Positions 26,649-40,214 of a stretch of DNA of 64,000 nt are shown here, in pieces; within the stretch, counting starts at the first letter, position 1; each line of letters opens with the position of its first letter. Source of the DNA: Mobula hypostoma (Eukaryota). A program made the translations under genes and the position numbers. The stretch lies in NCBI RefSeq assembly GCF_963921235.1, contig NC_086109.1, positions 17,796,001 to 17,860,000 of the forward strand, written 5' to 3'. The notes below the pieces were generated by a model, which made no database searches, was not told where the DNA came from, and was given only the letters and a program-made list of their open reading frames with translations.

Positions 26649-26808
26649 AATTGCAGAGGCCATGGAGTCCACAGAAACAGGCAAATGTGAACTGGGGCAT
26701 CGCCTATGCGAATCGGTGCATGGTATCAACAAGACGTAGATCTGAAAAATAAATAAACAATGCCTTCAGGAATTGAGACATTTAGATAGTACTCTGGGAA
26801 ATAGTGAG
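26649..26808 (+). other. Candidate internal non-coding exon (160 nt)
   Basis: Strong acceptor TTTTTCTTTTTTTTCTTTAG| and consensus donor GAG|GTAAGA; unique sequence; stop codons in all three frames. Confidence 0.4.
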
Positions 26809-27954
26809 GTAAGATTACGAATGAAATCCTGTAAATAACAGCTGATGCCTTGACTTTACAGGTGGATTGTCCCAAACTTTTCTCCCTCTTTAAAATTTAA
26901 TATGCTTTACAACATTAAGAAGTAGCATAATTTCTATATACAACATTTCTGTAATTTATGTAAAAGAATGGTTCTGCCTCTGGTGATTTTTCATGCAACT
27001 AAATTTGTGATTTTAGTAAATTTCTATCCTACTTCAATGAAGAAAGCACTCTATATAAGTTTAATTGATTTAATTTCACTTATGCTTTTATAAGGATGAA
27101 ATGACACAGGCCAATATCCACAGCTAAAGCACGCACCTAAACGTGTATGGAAGTGCCATATTCCTGTGCTGGATTAGCAACACAAGGTTGGAATCTCAGC
27201 TCTGATCCATGTCCTGGAACTTGAGTTTCCTGCTGCAAATATTCAGATTTGCCTCAGTAATCTAGATTCTGAAATTTCTTATCGCACGTTTACTGAGTAA
27301 CAGTGGATGTGTAACAATGGATGTAAGTGCAAATTTCTCCAATGCAAGTTATGGAAATGAACTTAAAATGTTTAGCAAATTTATAAGCTAGCACCAAGTT
27401 GATCACAACTCTATTGTATAGATTTCTATACACTATCTGTTATATAAGGCATAACTACCTATAGTCTGCCACTGACAACTTTTCCTAAGTAGTACAAAGC
27501 TCATAAATACCCCTCTAAAGCACATCATATGAATATGGAAATTGAAGTCATCTTGTCCTGCCATTCCATTATGTAATTGTTCATCATAATAAATGCAGTG
27601 TTAGTGATGGAAATGAGAAATATTGATGTAACACAAACTCTTGAGTTCATGATCCATTGCTAATATGAACTTAAGAGTTTATGTTAGTGATGCAGCATGG
27701 ACTCAGCAGCTAAAGACCCAACCATTTATAACATGTTTAGGAATTATTTCCTGGCTACCTTCCCCCAAGATCTTGCTGTCCCTTCATCCCTGCACACTTA
27801 TCCTTTCAAAGCACCCTACTTTAAACCCACTTAAACTGAATCTGCCTGCTTTGAAGATAATTTCATCACATGGTTGGTAATTGCCTATAATCACAATTAC
27901 ATAGTAAATTCTAAGTAAAAAAAAAACAAATTTTCTATATAAAAATAAACTTAT

Positions 27955-28177
27955 AATTAAGGGGAATCTGAGGGGGAACTTCTTCACTCAGAGGGTGGTA
28001 AGACTGTGGAATGAACTGCCACTGGATGTGGTGAGTTCGTGTTTGATTGCAACATTTAAAAGAAGTTTGTAGAGGACTGTGGTCCAGGTGCCGATCGATG
28101 GGACTATGCTGAATAACAACTCAGCACAGACTAGATGAACAGAAGGGCCTGTTTTTGTGCTGTAGTGCTCTATGACT
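27955..28177 (+). mobile_element. CR1-like LINE 3' fragment
   Basis: GNLRGNFFTQRVVRLWNELP motif followed by GAAGGGCCTGTT..TGCTGTAGTGCTCTATGACT 3' end. Confidence 0.75.
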
Positions 28178-29980
28178 TTAAATCTGTTGGTTTTGAACCC
28201 ACAAACTTCTGACTCAGAGGTGACCAAGTTATCAGTAAGCCACAGCTGACACCAGTGTAGTAGAGTCTATGGATTTTCTGAGTTCAAAAATAAAACGTGG
28301 AGTTTTACAATAAAGAGAGAATGGATAAAACAGCACTGAGAGTAGCTTTCCATGTCTAACATGCAAATGACGTAAATGCATTATAAAAAAGGACATAATT
28401 GCTCTCAAAAACTCGAGTAACACTCTCCAGGACCCCTGTCTAATGATCTTCCTGGTAGTTCCAGCAATGGTCTACATCTTTTCTATAAGGATAAGCCATG
28501 TATTTGACTGATAGAGTCTGAAATCTGTCTTGCACAAAATGTGTTTTTAGCTTTGTTAGCATCTATAAATATTACCCCCATATTCAGGACTTACTGCAGC
28601 CTTTTCTGAATCCTTGAACAATACTTTTTTATCACATTATAAATTAAAAATAACATGCTAATGGAAGGCTGAGAAAGATACTGAAACATCAATCATTTGC
28701 AGCGACTGAACAACATGCACTAATGAACGTGATCAGAAATAGATTTGGGTCTGAAACATGCAGCTTGACTGATGTAAGAGAAGTTCATTTGATGCATAAT
28801 CAGTGTCTGGAGTGTAATTTTCACAACAGGAAGATTTTTCTAAAAGCTTTGTCCTTGGTAGCCTTAACTTCACTCTCTTTCCTATATTTTCCCAGTATTT
28901 CTCTCTCCTGGTCTTCATGAAATCTCGCATTCAGCTTGGGCTGAGGCACAAAGTGATAATAGAAAAAACAGAGGTTAAATAATTTTTAATGAATTTCATT
29001 GAGTGCAGTAGTTCAATTAAATGAAGTGTAATCCATATAGATACTTGCATTATAGAGGCAATTGACAAGGAGGCGTACAGGAGTGAGGTAGATAGCGCAT
29101 TGAGTGGTCTCGCAGTACTGACTTTGTAATTCATGTCAGCAAGGCCAAGGAATTAATTGTGGGCTTCAGGAAGGGGAGTCAGGACTACACATACCAGTTC
29201 TCATGGGGGGGGGGTGGGTGGTCAGTGGTGGAAAGCACAAACAACTTCAAGTTCTTGGGCATCAATATCTCAGAGTATCTATCCAGGGTCGAACACATTA
29301 ATGTAATCATGAAGAAGGTATATCAGCGGCTCTACTTTATTAGGTGATTGAGGAGAATGGTAGTCTCCAAAGACTTGAAAATTTCTGCAGATGTACTGCA
29401 TGTTTGGGAGCATTCTGACTGGGTGCATCACAACCCAGTATGGAGCCTTCCATGCACAGAATCGCAAGATCCTGCATAGGGTTGTTGACTCAGCCAGTTC
29501 CATCATAGGCTCATCATCCCTTGTCACATCGAGGACATCTTAAAGTGGTGGTGCTTCAAGAGGGCAGTATCCATCATTAAAGACCTTCGTCATCTGGGTA
29601 TGCCCACTTCACACTATTACAATCATGAAGGAGGTACATCAGTCACTGAAAGTAAGCATGCAAGTACAGCAGGCTGTGAAGAAAGCTAATGGCATGCTGG
29701 CCTTCATAACAAGGGGAATTGAGTATAAGAGCAAAGAGGTCCTTCTACAGCTGAACAGGGCCCTGGTGAGACCACACCTGGAGTACTGTGTGCAGTTTTG
29801 GTCTCCAAATTTGAGGAAGGACATTCTTGCTATTGAGGGAGTGCAGCGTAGGTTCACAAGGTTAATTCCGGGGATGGCGGGACTGTCATATGTCGAAAGA
29901 TTGGAGCAACTGGGCTTGTATACTCTGGAATTTAGAAGGCTGAGAGGGGATCTTATTGAAACATATAAGATTATTAAGGG

Positions 29981-30335
29981 ACATACATCAAAGTTGCTGG
30001 TGAACGCAGCAGGCCAAGCAGCATCTATAGAAAGAGGTGCAGTCGACGTTTCAGGCCGAGACCCTTCGTCAGGACTAACTGAAGGAAGAGTGAGTAAGGG
30101 ATTTGAAAGTTGGAGGGGGAGGGAGAGATCCAAAATGATAGGAGAAGACAGGAGGGGGAGGGATAGAGCCGAGAGCTGGACAGGTGATAGGCAAAAGGGG
30201 ATACGAGAGGATCATGGGACAGGAGGTCCGGGAAGAAAGACAAGGGGGGGGGGTGACCCAGAGGATAGGCAAGAGGTATATTCAGAGGGACAGAGGGAGA
30301 AAAAGGAGAGTGAGAGAAAGAATGTGTGCATAAAG
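29981..30335 (-). mobile_element. Penelope-like pLTR/3' region inserted into CR1 with deletion of CR1 sequence
   Basis: Reverse complement of 45293-45633; CR1 reading frame breaks at 29981 and resumes near 30336. Confidence 0.9.
30041..30076 (-). ncRNA. Minimal type I hammerhead ribozyme, intact core
   Basis: Identical to 2900-2935. Confidence 0.85.
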
Positions 30336-33094
30336 CTTTTTCACCCAGAGAGTGGTGGATATATGGAATACTCTGCCCCAGAAGGCTGTGGAGGCCAAGT
30401 CTCTGGATGCTTTCATGAAAGAGATGGATAGAGCTCTTAAAGATAGCGGAATGAAAGGTAATGGGGATAAGGCAGGAACTAGATACTGATTGTGGATGAT
30501 CAGCCATGATCACAGTGAATGGTGGTGCTGGCTCGAAGGGCTGAATGGCCTACTCCTGCACCTATTGTCTATTGTCTATTGACTCTGAAGATCCACAGTC
30601 AATATTTTAAAAACAGCTTCATCCTCTCTACCCTCCGATTTCTGAATGGTTCACGAACCATAACTCTTCCTTGTTATTTATCTTTTCCACTACTTATTTA
30701 GTTTTGTGGCTTATAGAAATTTTTATGACTTGCCCTGCACTGCTCCATTTTGGTTGATTGTTCCAGCTTTACAGAATTGGAAAGGCCAGGGTATGTGAAT
30801 TTCTTCACAAGAGAAGGATCGTGCGGTTTTGTGTTTGTAATGTGGTGACCTTTGGGATGTTGTGGTGTTGATTCTGTCTAAGCTTTCAAGAGGAAACTTT
30901 ATTTCTAACAGAGGCTGTGATTGCCTTCTATGTGTTCATAGATAATACTTGCTTCAAATAATCTGTTAAACGGGAGTTCTCCAGCCTGATTGTTCATCAG
31001 TCGTGCTTTTATTTAAACTGAGTTCTCTGTTCTAGGGAAAAGGGCTGTTTTACTTGGAGGCACACCTAAGGATGGAGATATTCTCATGCACCTGCTACCT
31101 TATCATTTGTGGTAAAGTTAATGAGTTTGGGAAGTGCTGTTGGAGTAGCCTACATGGAAAATGGCATGTATTTTGTACCTGCAGTCATGGTGTGGTAATG
31201 GTGGAGGCTATGAATAGTTATGGTAGTTATGGAATGCTAATCAAATGGCAGTTTTATCTTGGATGATGTCAAGTTTCTTGAGCATTGTGAGAGTTGCGTT
31301 CATTTAGGCATGAGCAACATTTTTCTTTGTTGTTCTGACATACCTTGTAAATGGTGGGAAAAGTATCAGGGGGCCAAGAAGTGAATACTGAGATCCATGG
31401 TGGGTCTAGATGAGTTTTTCGTCAGTGATGACCCTTAGGATGTTGGTACCAGGGGTCTCAATTATAGTAAAGTCATTGAATGTTAAGATTAGGCATTTAT
31501 AGTGAAGCTGGTTATTACTTTTGTAGTGTGCATGTTCCTTGTTACATAGCAGCCTGTGTCCAAATCCCATCTGCATACAGGGACATTTTGTTTAATTTTT
31601 TTAGGAGTTATGAATAGCATTGAAAACTGTGTAATCATTAGTGAACCTTATTATTTCTGACCTTCATGATGGAAGGAGTGACATTGATGAAGCAGCTGGA
31701 GATGGTTGTGGCCTAGGACATTGCCACAAGGAACTCCTGCAACTCCTGCACAAGTTGTTCTGACTGATTTTCGTTGGAGGTAGAATGATGTATTCAGTTG
31801 CAATTTCTTTGCTGATTGCAAAGCTGCATCAAATTGTTTTTTTATTGTTGCCAAAAATATATGTAACAGTTGAGATAGCTGACTTCCAAGCTACATGAAT
31901 TTCTCCACTTTCAACAAGCTTGAAAGAAAAACTAAACAACTCAATGACTTTTGACGATTTAGGAAGTTTTGAATAAATTATAATATTAAAAATAACATTC
32001 CACTTTCCTGATAATAGTGACTAGCAGATCTTTATATAACCTTTTTGTTTGGTCTTCAATCGTTTCTTATAAAACAGCATAAATGAGGTTTGGTTTCTTT
32101 ACATTAACAAGAAGCTTTGGAAATGTTGGCATTCCAAGGTGTGGTGCATAGACTGTAAATTGCTACAATATTTAGATGTGTATCACTCGTGATAAGTTTC
32201 ATGAGGTTTATGAACCATTATGTTCTCTCGAATGTGGAAAGTGAAGATATGATTCACTGTGAGGTATTTCTCTGGCAAATGATACCCTAACAGGAGTCAC
32301 AGCCTTGTATTTAGAGCTAGGCTGTTCACAGGACTGCTTCTTTAGAATATACAGTTTAGCAGTTCTAAAATTTTGGATTGTACTAGTTACTGTTTGGCTA
32401 ATAAAACATAACATTCAAGAAAGGCAAATGGATAGAGTTAAGGGCAGGACTGATTATCATCTATTTGGTTTATTGATGGGCTTGGGGGACTGAATAGTTT
32501 ACTTCTATTCCTTTTGTTCAATTTTATTTCATTAAAATTTCTTTGCTTGTATTGAAATTAGTTCAGTTCTCTGCATAACTATAAAACAGTAAATGCTTTG
32601 CATATTTCTACATATCAGACCCATATTGTACAATTGCTATTCGAAGAAACACAGCTGCTGCAATATATTTTTTGAAATGCATTTTCCAACAAATGTGCTG
32701 TTTAATGATTAAAGCAGAATATATAGTGGCACTACAAACTAAATCATTTTCCATCCAAACCGTTGATGCAAATAGCTTTTAGCTACTGACAAGGAGCCTC
32801 CTGCCAGGATGGCAGAGAACTTGATGATAACACATGGCAATAACACTACTGTGACAAACACTGCTATTTTTATAATACCAGTGGCATTGCTTGCTATTAC
32901 ACTACATAGATTGGATATTCATCAAGCCATGGCCTCCCCTTACAGATCATATGGGATTTAAGGTTTAAAAGAAATGTTTACATAGCCTAATTGTTTACCT
33001 TCTGAGACTGTTTCCATGAATATTTTTAAATGATGGGTTGCTTAAAATACATTGTGAAATGAAAAGGATCAGTTTTTCCATCGCTGATTTGAAA

Positions 33095-34035
33095 ATAAAA
33101 ACTGCAGATGCTGAAAATCCAAAATTAAAACAATTGATGTTGGAGATATTCAGCAGATCGACAGCTTCTGTGGAAAGAGAAATTGTTAATGTTTCAGGCC
33201 TGGGGCCCTTTGTCGAACCTGGGAAGATACTGGATCATTTTTAATTTCTATTAAATCCAATAGGATGCCACAACCAAATTAATTTTCCTTTACTCCCATT
33301 TTGAAGGAATTGATCCCCTCACAACCCCTTGATCCGCTCTTCCGCTCTAACTACTCCCCAACTGCTGGAAATGCACTACCTATCCTTTCATGTCTTCCCT
33401 TCTCATCATCCAGAGGCCCAAATCAGTCATTCCGGGGTGCAGTGCGCTTGCACATCTTCCATTCTAGTGTACTGCAACTGGTAGTCATAATGTGATATTT
33501 ACCACACTGGGGAAACCAAATGTAGATTGGGTGATCACTTCAAAGCACGCCTTCATTCAGTCCACAGACTGACCTGAGCTTCCATTTGTCTTCCCCTCTA
33601 ACTTTTCTCTCTGCAGTATCCTATGCTGTTGCAATGCATGATTGAGCAACACCTTGTCTGTCTGGGCATAGCCTCTGCATTTTATAATGAATTCTCTATC
33701 TTTAGGTAACTTTCTTTTTCTGTCTGTGACAAAACTGGCCATTTCAGCCTGACCTCATTTTTGGCTCTGCTTTTCTTAATCAGATGGGAATGTCTCATAG
33801 CCTTGCTAATAACAATGCATATCATAGATAAAGAAGTTTACGTGTTTGTAACTGCCTATCCGAACTCACTCCCCTTTGTTTGACCCAATCCCCCATCTTC
33901 TTTTCTACTGAGAACGAACTTATTTTTCTTATTTACCCCAATTCTTATGAATAGTCCAACACCTGAAATTGTAAGTTTTCCTTTCCATAGATGCTGCCTG
34001 ACACGATGAACGTTTACAGCATCCTCTGTTTTAAA
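33095..34035. mobile_element. Old degenerate Penelope-like element (inverted pLTR, GIY-YIG remnant, pLTR)
   Basis: Minus pLTR 33095-33225; GETKCRLGDHF motif at 33509-33541; plus pLTR 33940-34030. Confidence 0.6.
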
Positions 34036-34834
34036 CCTTATCAGTCTTTTGCACAGGAAAACTCAATAGGTTTGGCCAGAATAATTTGGACAGGCAGGCA
34101 GAATGGTATTTATTTTTGGAGAAGATATTTGAGGTAAAGCTTGGGAACATTCTCACCAAGTAAAAAAACAGGATAATCACAGCCAGTGCTCTGGATGGTG
34201 TAGAAGCAAAAAATATGAAGCAGAAAAAGGAGTGTATGATAGGTACCAGTTTGAAAGCATTTGAAATTGGCTAAAATATATAAAAAGATGTACAAAATAA
34301 AAGAAAGGCAATAGGTATTGGAAAACATCCAACTCACTCCTCTTTAATATACATAATGACTCTGCCGAAGAGATTCCAACTGTGAAGGGATTTGGGGAAA
34401 GTGATAAAGCAACTGAGTATCTGCATTTCCAATGTCTAAAATCCAGGATATTTTAATTTGTAAGGATCATTTACATTCTCTGATACTGACCCCCTCTGGA
34501 AAGGTTCTGGATATTCTAAAATAACATTTTTTTTAAATGCCTGGAATCTGTATAAAAATGGAAAATAGTTGAGACGTTTAGCAGGACAGGCAGTATCTTT
34601 GGAAAGGAACAGAGTTAACATTGCAGTTTGAAGACCTTTCATCAGAACTGGAAATAGAATATATTCTGAAATGCAATCAATGATATGAATTTGAGGGTTG
34701 GGATCTATTGTTAAGAGGGAGATACTTTGCAGATGGATGAATCCATCACTCTGCATTTCTCTGCAATGTAAGTGGAAAAATTAGAAAAATCAAAACAGAG
34801 TAGTACGGATTAAATGTAGCTACAACAATAAAGC

Positions 34835-34970
34835 TACCTTCCCCCTTCTCTCACAGTCCTGAAGGAGGGTCTCAGCCCAAACTGTTGACTGTTTTTTCAT
34901 TTCTATAGATGCTGCCCAGCATTTTGTGTGTGTTGCTTTGGATTTCCAGCATCTGCAGACTTCCTGTATT
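34835..34970 (+). repeat. Degenerate Penelope-like pLTR
   Basis: CAGTCCTGAAGGAGGGTCTCAGCCCAAACTGTTGACTG..CAGCATCTGCAG. Confidence 0.75.
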
Positions 34971-35454
34971 TACAATGAAGATATCTTGTGTATGTCTGCA
35001 AATATCTTTGTAAGTTATCTTGAAAAAGTACTGTAAAGACACCTGGAATCCTGGATTTTATTAAAAGCATACAAAAGAAGTGGAGACGTGTTGAAGCATT
35101 AATCTAGCTGCAACCAGAGCATTGTAGTCAGTTCTGATTATTGTGCTATAGGAAGGATGTGAAGGCTTAAAGCTATGTAGATACACTGGAGAAGCTGATA
35201 CTGTTCTCCTTAGAGTGGAACAAAAATGAGAAGTGATTTGATGGGCCTGCTCAGAATCATGTAAGATCTAGATTAAATAAATAAAGAAAAGCTCTTCTAA
35301 TTGAATCTGATGGGATAAAACTTCAGTGCCTGACAGTGCGATATTCAAAGTGTAGTTGGAAGCAAGTTAAGATATGCAGGTTATTAGATCTTGTTGACCA
35401 TTACCATATAGTCTTTAATCTCTCTTCAATCAGATCTATCTTTAAACTGATTCT

Positions 35455-35610
35455 GGTTTCTTCCCCTTTCCTTTCCAGTACTAATGAAGGGCCTTGGCTT
35501 GAAATGTTGGCTTTTTATTTCTTTCCATAGATGCTGATCTGCTGGGTTCCTCCAGCATTTTGTGTGTGTTTCTCTGGATTTCCAGCATCTGTAGAATCTC
35601 TTGTGTTTTG
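35455..35610 (+). repeat. Degenerate Penelope-like pLTR
   Basis: CTAATGAAGGGCCTTGGCTTGAAATGTTG..CAGCATCTGTAG. Confidence 0.75.
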
Positions 35611-35683
35611 TGGTCTTTAATATTTTCTTTGATACGTTGGAATAGAGGAGCAGTGGGTTTTCTGGCTTCTGTACTCACCAATA

Positions 35684-36057
35684 GGGGTGGCAGAGTAGAG
35701 ATACGTCTCTACCAAAGGAGGTGAATGGTGCTCCTTCCCTCTGCTAGCCTGCAGGTCACTCTTGGGCAGTACCTGCTTAGCCCCCCCTGACCAGGGTCAT
35801 GTGAAGCCATGAGAACAGGGGGTGGATGGTCGTATGAGCAGCTGGTGCATATCACAAGTCCTGGTTATGCGATCACTGACGCCAGGCAGATAATCTCTGA
35901 AGTGTATTGATAATGGCTGGGGTCACCTGTCTTGTAAAGACTCTGCCCAGAAGAAGCCAATGGCAAACCACTTCTGTAGAAAAACTTGTCAAGAACAACC
36001 ATGGTCATGGAAAGACCATGGTCATCTACATCAGAAGACACGGCACATAATGAATGA
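35684..36057 (+). mobile_element. RTE-related short retroposon
   Basis: TSD ACTCAC(C/T)AATA at 35673-35683 and 36058-36068; CAATGGCAAACCACTTC motif as in BovB/Sauria-type tails; 3' hairpin ACCATGGTC/GACCATGGT; (AATG)n end. Confidence 0.7.
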
Positions 36058-36614
36058 ACTCACTAATAATGTGGGGTGGTCTACTAATTAATGCAGGAAA
36101 GGAGAATATTTCTATATTTTCAGCTACATGATATTCACACACCAGTCTCCTCCACAGATCTGCTTCGATCAACAACCCATCACAACTCACTTTTATGGGG
36201 TTATCTATAGACAGTGGCTCATTATAGAGTCATTCCAGGCATAAACCTTTCTGTATAAAACCTATCGCTCTTGTAAAATACAGAAAAAGGTCCACTATAG
36301 TCAAACTGTAGATATAATGCCTCAGCTATAAAGTCCTTAGGAGTGATTAGATTGGCGAGGGACAAATTTCAATCTAATGCACCTCAGATGCATTATGTAG
36401 ATATTGTTTGCTTCAGTAAATTCTCTTCACTCAGTAAACGGAAAATGTCTTTCATTGAAACGGTTGTCGAATCACATGGAAACAGGCCCTGTGGCCCAAC
36501 TTGTCAGTTTCAACCAAGATGCCTATCGTCACTAATCCCATTTTCCCACATTTAGTTTATAATCATAATTCCATCTGCTGAGCCATCCTCTCAGTTCATT
36601 CATCTTAACGCAAG

Positions 36615-36890
36615 ACTCCTTGCGTTAAAGTAAATACACTTAAGGCTGCCAGCCCTCTTATGCTGTCCCATACATCTCTGGCTGCTCTGCCGCCTCCATT
36701 TACTACACATGCTTCTCACTTTCTTCTTGCTACATCGTCATTTTGGGTCCTACCCTTCCTTTGTCACTAGCTTGAGCCATTCCTAGTAGCACTGGCCAGC
36801 CTCTGTCAGGATCTTGATACTCGTCTGGTTTAGGTGCAACCCATCCTTTTTGTACAGTTCATTCCTGGCCCAGAAGAGAATTTAGTTATC
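36615..36890 (-). mobile_element. Degenerate CR1 ORF1-end/ORF2-start fragment
   Basis: Minus strand LYKKDGLHLN (esterase end) and LKCIYFNAR (endonuclease start). Confidence 0.6.
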
Positions 36891-36974
36891 CACTTAAAGT
36901 CCTATCGCATTAGGAGAGTTTTAGTAGACGCCTCATGATTCCAGCAATAAGATCATTGTCTCTTAAATTTATTA

Positions 36975-37224
36975 TCATTTATTTAGCGATACAGCATAGC
37001 AAAAGGCTCATCTGGCCCATTGAGTTTGTGTGGCCCAATTGCATCCAGGTCACCAATTAATCTACTGACCTGTATGTCTTTGGGATGTGAGGGGAAATTG
37101 GAGCACCCGCAGGAAACCCATGTGGCTTCAGAAAGAACATACAAACTCCTTACAGGCAGCGGCGAAATTGAACCTGGGTCGCTGGCGCTATAAAGTGTTA
37201 CTCTAACTGCTATGCTACTGTGCC
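36975..37224 (-). mobile_element. tRNA-derived HE1/V-SINE-like element
   Basis: Minus strand GGCACAGTAGCATAGCAGTTAGAG A-box, GGGTTCAATT B-box, GGAGTTTGTATGTTCT..TGGGTTTCC V-domain. Confidence 0.8.
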
Positions 37225-40214
37225 TAAAAGAAATCACTTTCTATCCTTTGAGCTGAAAAACATTTTTGTTTAAGATGAGTGTGAGCTACCCAGGTTACAG
37301 TTAACTTGATCTGTGGAAATCTGACTTTATACAAATTCTCCCATATGCTTATCAACAATGGGTTAATCTGACCTTGGTTAGGGTCAGTGTCAGGTAATTT
37401 CCCAAGGCAAAAGCTCATCTTTTCATGACCTGATGTTTTAATACCTAACATTCAAAGATAATGATTCACTGTTAAGGCATTCACTTCAATGTACAGTGGT
37501 CTCATCCACTAGACTGTCTTATTTAATAAAGCTTTGATACTCAAAGGTCTTTGTAATTAGGAAAGTCTAGCAGGAGAGGCATTTGATGTTGTAATAGAGG
37601 TTTAATGATCATTAAAGCATTTTTCAAGATAGTAATAACAATAAAGTGTTTTATGGTATTCATTAGTGATTGGATGTAATACTTAGTTCAATTATAAGTG
37701 GTGTTAAGATGAATATTTGATGAACTGAAAGTGTACATGGAGTGAAATGATAAGCAAATGGATGTTTCTGACTTACGGAGAACTTGGCTTGTGTGCAGTT
37801 CTCAGGAATGGAACCCTTGCGTGACCAGGGAACTGCTTGAGTACTGAAATACAAATTAAAATCACAACTGTGCAAAAAAATAATCTGGCTTGCAAAGTAT
37901 CTGAGATGTAGTTCTGATCTCTCATTACTTGACATTAGAAACAAAACAGCAAGGTTGTTCATGCAAAAGAAAGAGCCAAGTTTTTTTACTATCAAAATAT
38001 AGTAACAGAGATAAAGGTATTCGGACAAATTTTCTTTACTGTTTTGCAAGGGTGATTCTTGCAGGGATTCGTTCAACAGATGCTAGTAATCCTGCAGTTC
38101 CTTGCCCTATGATCACTTTGGCTTTAATGGTCAACTCTCTGATTTTCCAAAGGCCATTGCACTGCTGGTGATTTACTGACTATAGTACATGCGGCTATCC
38201 ATATACGTCTATAAATTCTAATGTCAACCCAGGCTCCATTGGGAAGAGTGGAGGAAGCATTTTTTTCTGCATGGTAAACATGTCTCCTGTGTCTACACAT
38301 CATTAATTCATCTCTTATTCACATTCTATATTTTTTGATTATGCACTACCACTCCCTTGAATGATTCTGCACTCAGCTCGCTCTTGTTCTTCTCCTACAG
38401 TACAGGCCATCCTTGGAGACAATTTTTCCAGCTCAAATCCTCTTTTCCAGCCGAATCACAAACACAGCAACAACAACCGCAACAGAGCAGCAACAGAAAG
38501 AGTAGGAGATGGAAGAAAGTATTGTGGGGCAATTTGTCACAAGCCTAGACCATTGAGACCCTATTGAAAGGGACAGACTGTACATTATTAAATACTGTAC
38601 ATACGATGTACTATGATATATTAACTAAAATAACCTATACAATGTAGTTCTATAAATAATTTGGATCAATGAAAGGTGCGAACTATGTAGGTAAATTATT
38701 CAGAAGCAAGAGTGGATTGATTCTTGTTTCAGAACTCTGTTGTAATATTGGATGTGTTGAGTATGTACTATTGTTAATAACCTCTTAATAACCAGGATAT
38801 GTAGATCCCATGTTAGTGGTTCTCTGTCAAGACACCAATAATCAGAATGAGCAGGTTGCATTTCACTCTGTTAAATCAGTTAAACATAGACATTTTCCCC
38901 CAGAATATGTAATCTAACTTGTAGGTATATGTTGGGTTGATTGGTAATGGAAGGGCAAACACATGCACGTTGAGAGGTTCAGGAATAAATAAATTGAAGC
39001 ATTATTGATGGATGGATGAACAGAAACTGTTTAAAAGGTGGAGCTGCTTTATCAAAACTGAAGTGAGTAGAATTTTCAAATCCTTTTCATTTCAATTATG
39101 ATCATTAGCTGATCCACCGTAGCCTTGGCAGGCATACAAGACAAGGTGCAATTCTGACCACTTACAATCTGAAATTGTACTTCATCCAGTTTCATTTCAC
39201 AATGCACCGAATGCTTAACATTTACTACAGTGGGGTATTAGCATAAGGTGGTGACATTTGTGCAATTATATAGATTAAAAAACAAATCCCATCATAGCTG
39301 CGAGATTCCAATTGCTAATACCAGCTGGTAGTGGGAATGTGCTATCACTGAGGCATCTGGAGAATTCTGACTGCCAGTACCTGATGTTAGGCAGGTGCCA
39401 GCTGTCACTCATTGGCAACTGGAGGGTTTGATTTGTTAATTCTTATTGCTACATTGCAATAGAAAAGTGCCAAGTCTTATTCAAGAGTATCTGGAGTGAT
39501 GTAACTAACAATACCAGATAACAGCCAGCAGGGTCTTTTGTGCCTGGGGTTTAAATCACTAATATTGCCTACTGAGTAAATGGGGAATTTGCAACAGCTG
39601 TGGTCACAAATCTCACTTTAATTTCTTGTACTGTGGAAGTGCATTGTTTGTATCTATGGCTGCTATTCAATATAACAATTTATAGCAATTCAAGAATAGA
39701 TATTGTGGAAGATTAACGGCTTAAATTCCATAGATGTGTGACAGTTGGTGGTCAGGACAGAGTGGAGACAGCAATAGAAACCAAAAATTACAGGGGATCT
39801 GTGATGCTTTTAATAATATTGAGGTCTTTCAGTTAGAAAACACACCAACAGGTTAAAGTAAATTAAAATAAAATACCCTACACTCCTTAGTTTTGTGGGT
39901 GCTTGTAGTCCCTGAGTACCTTTGGGCCAGCTCCAACTCTTTAAAAAAAGAGCAGCTTGAAATATAATCAGGTGGGTTGGGAATTGTATTTCTTTGAAAA
40001 ACCAACAATTGAAGCTTTGAGTCAAAGAACTAGGCAATCACATATAATTGTAAATATTACGACGCAACACAGTAAGAAAATCAACAAACCACTTCTTGCA
40101 CAATTAGCTAATTACCTTTGTTGGATTAAAAAAAATAATTTCCTGGGCATGATCATTCTCACAAAGATGAGGATTTTTTCCATCCCTTGAGAATGTTGTG
40201 GTCCAAAATTGTAG

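Larger units (their letters stand above)
29641..30581 (+). mobile_element. CR1/HER1-like LINE 3' portion
   Basis: SLKVSMQVQQAVKKANGMLAFI..LVRPHLEYCVQFWSP..LRGDLIETYKIIKG; 3' end with (CTATTGT)n tail. Confidence 0.92.
29050..30740 (+). mobile_element. Rex1/Babar-like LINE 3' portion, host to nested CR1 and Penelope insertions
   Basis: AYRSEVD, KELIVGFRKG, FKFLGINISE.L, KKVYQRLYFIR motifs at 29070-29640; resumes after 30581 (FKNSF..STLRFLNG). Confidence 0.75.

Noticed and set aside
29625..30431. Longest ORF (268 aa) as a host gene
   Set aside because: Chimeric read-through of CR1 ORF2 C-terminus and an antisense Penelope pLTR
35684..35800. HDV-like ribozyme at the 5' end of the RTE-related element
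   Set aside because: RTE elements can carry them, but I could not assemble the nested double pseudoknot by eye; needs a descriptor search
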